DNA of 64,000 nt, taken from assembly GCA_003971905.1 (NCBI GenBank), contig RSEE01000029.1, positions 434,001-498,000 of the forward strand, given 5' to 3'. The notes below the pieces were generated by a model. The model made no database searches, was not told the DNA's origin, and worked only from the letters and a program-made list of their open reading frames with translations. Positions 62,053 to 64,000 of this stretch are shown piece by piece. Within the stretch, counting starts at the first letter, position 1. Every line of letters begins with the position of its first letter. The DNA is from Moniliella sp. 'wahieum'. Taxonomy: Eukaryota. The translations under genes and the position numbers were made by a program.

Positions 62053-62495
62053 AGCTTGAAGCTTGAAGCTTGAAGGTGATAGCAGGATGCATGAAACGTG
62101 AAACGTGAAGAAGGTAACAGAGGGCTTGGTCGACTCGACAGAGACCGTATCAACTGCCTCGCCAGAGGGGTAGGGGGTAGGGGGAGGAATCTACACCTGT
62201 GTAGAGGTAGGAGCGCAAGGTGGACTATAGGTTTATGTTGTGCCATGCCTACCCCCATCGACCGCATCCTTCCACGCGCCCGTACCGGTTACCGACTCTT
62301 TCTTTACACTATCCAATTCAATTTAACCCTTGGCACAAAGGATGACAGGTGCAATCTCCCTAGCCAAGGGGAATGGACAGGTGCGATCTCCCTAGCCAAT
62401 GTGACTGGACAAGGTACAATCTCGCTAGCAAATGTGACTGGACAAGTGCATCTCGCTAACCAAGACCGCTACCGCGTACCGGCACTCCCGTCCCC

Positions 62496-62644
62496 TTATA
62501 CCTCACGTGTGTCGCGGGGGGTTGTGGTGGGAGGCCGAACCAGCCGAACCGGGCGCTTGGTGATAGAGTGTAAACCCACGAGGCTTTGCACGAGGGTTGG
62601 GCGTACGCTTAGCCTCCGACGGAGACAGGGACTTAGACGGAGAC

Positions 62645-62727
<83 letters not shown>

Positions 62728-64000
62728 CGGATCGTTAAGGCCAGGACTGGGCACCGACGGAGACGGGGTCCTCCTTGATCCTGATCCCTCGTTCTCGTTC
62801 TCGTTCTCGTTCTCGGTTGTTCCTGTTTGTGGTGTAGGAGATGGAGGGTACGGAGCAGGAAGGACGTTTGGGTAGGAGACACGTCGCGCAGGAAGGATGT
62901 TTGGGTAGGAAGCACGTCGCGCATCGTTCCGTATCTCCTTGGACTCTGCAACGGGAGAGGTAGGTCCATCCTCGTGCCCGGGGGCAAGGTAAGGTGCGCG
63001 GGGAGGAGCAGAGGGGCCAGGATCAAGATCACGGTCAGGACCAAAGTCAGGATCAAGGGCGGTAGGACTAAGCTCCTGCTGCTCCGGACGCTTCTCGGGC
63101 TCGACCTCGGGGTGGATGAGGTCCGAGGAGAGGGTAACGTCCGTGTGTGCCTGTTCCTGGGCAAGGGCAGGAGCAGGAGCAGGGGGTGCTGTTTGAGCAA
63201 CAGGTGTTGTAAGTGAGCATGAGCTGGTCGAGTCGGACAGCAAAATGGTCGGTATCGTGCGCAGCATCGGCACATTGAGTCAAGGCGGAAATGATACCTC
63301 GTACCTCATCGTTTCTTCCCCCTCCTACCAGGCGCGCACCGGCATGGAAAAAGCCCGCGCGCATCAAGCCCGGGTCCACTTGTAGGTACCGTTGGGCGGC
63401 CATGGTTTGGGCCACCATCGCGATGCGTCCGGCCAACTCGATGGCAGCACGACGGATGAGCGCACGCAGTTCGTCCGCCCGTTCGCTCTGCTCGGGCACA
63501 GCGAGAGGATTTAGGCCAGCAGGACCGGACGCTAAGCCCGTCGGACCTGGCGCGTTGGACCCAGCGTGTCGCCCGCCACGGCGATCCCATGTTCGTTCAC
63601 TACGCAGCTCAACGCGATCCAGGTAGCGGCATAGACCACTTCGATAAAGCACGCTTGGAACACGGTGGTCAAATCCCAGGACGAGGGCCAAGCTGGGGGC
63701 ACGCCTACGGCGGCCAAGTGAGCCGCTTTCCATCCATGTACCGCCGCGACGGCCGTTTCGAGCGCACTGAGTTGGACACCTTGCTTCATTGCGCGAGGGG
63801 ACCAAATGGTAGTGTAGAGCGTAGCGCGTACCTCGGCCAAATCCAGCACGGCCGCCACCCAGGCACCCCAGCGTCGAACGGCAGGTAAATCGGTAGGTAC
63901 GGGTGCGGGGGAAGGGGCGGAGGCTAAATCGGTCCAGACGACACCCGGGACAGGTGGGGCAAGTACATTGTAATCTTCTCTTCGAATCGCAGGGGCGGTG
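62496..64000 (-). CDS. 3' part of an uncharacterised protein (possibly a fungal TF C-terminal region) with an (SH)n tract; runs off the window edge
   Basis: Chained frameshifted ORFs (AVLDLAEVRATLYTTIWSPRAMKQG; ELRALIRRAAIELAGRIAMVAQ; MPMLRTIPTILLS). (GAGAGT)n at 62646-62727. Confidence 0.5.

Overview
This is GC-rich fungal nuclear DNA. It is probably a basidiomycete yeast or smut, inferred from GTRNGT..CTRAC..YAG introns and the gene families present. About 14 housekeeping or regulatory genes are visible: a TIS11-type CCCH protein, a Zn2Cys6 TF, a DHHC palmitoyltransferase, a small secreted Ser/Thr-rich protein, Gos1 SNARE, a WW protein, an F-box-like protein, an Air1/2-like zinc knuckle, a Bni4-like PP1 regulator, a GATA TF, a Pcl-type cyclin, Erg25, Rpl23/uL14 and a Gvp36-like BAR protein. 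There is also a partial gene at the right edge and an intron-containing tRNA-Gly(GCC). Nearly all CDSs carry single-base frameshifts, even uL14, which points to uncorrected long-read indels, so gene boundaries are approximate. Gene-poor blocks (about 5-9 kb, 27-41 kb, 43-48 kb, 49.5-56.7 kb) hold degenerate mobile-element relics. The most striking unexplained signal is a pervasive intergenic family of odd-centred 7-bp palindromes xyT-n-Ay'x', often in tandem with 7-bp period. The arms vary through at least 12 dinucleotides while the T-n-A core is invariant. This could be a fossil record of repeated hairpin-type (hAT-like) transposon excision, which is inference.
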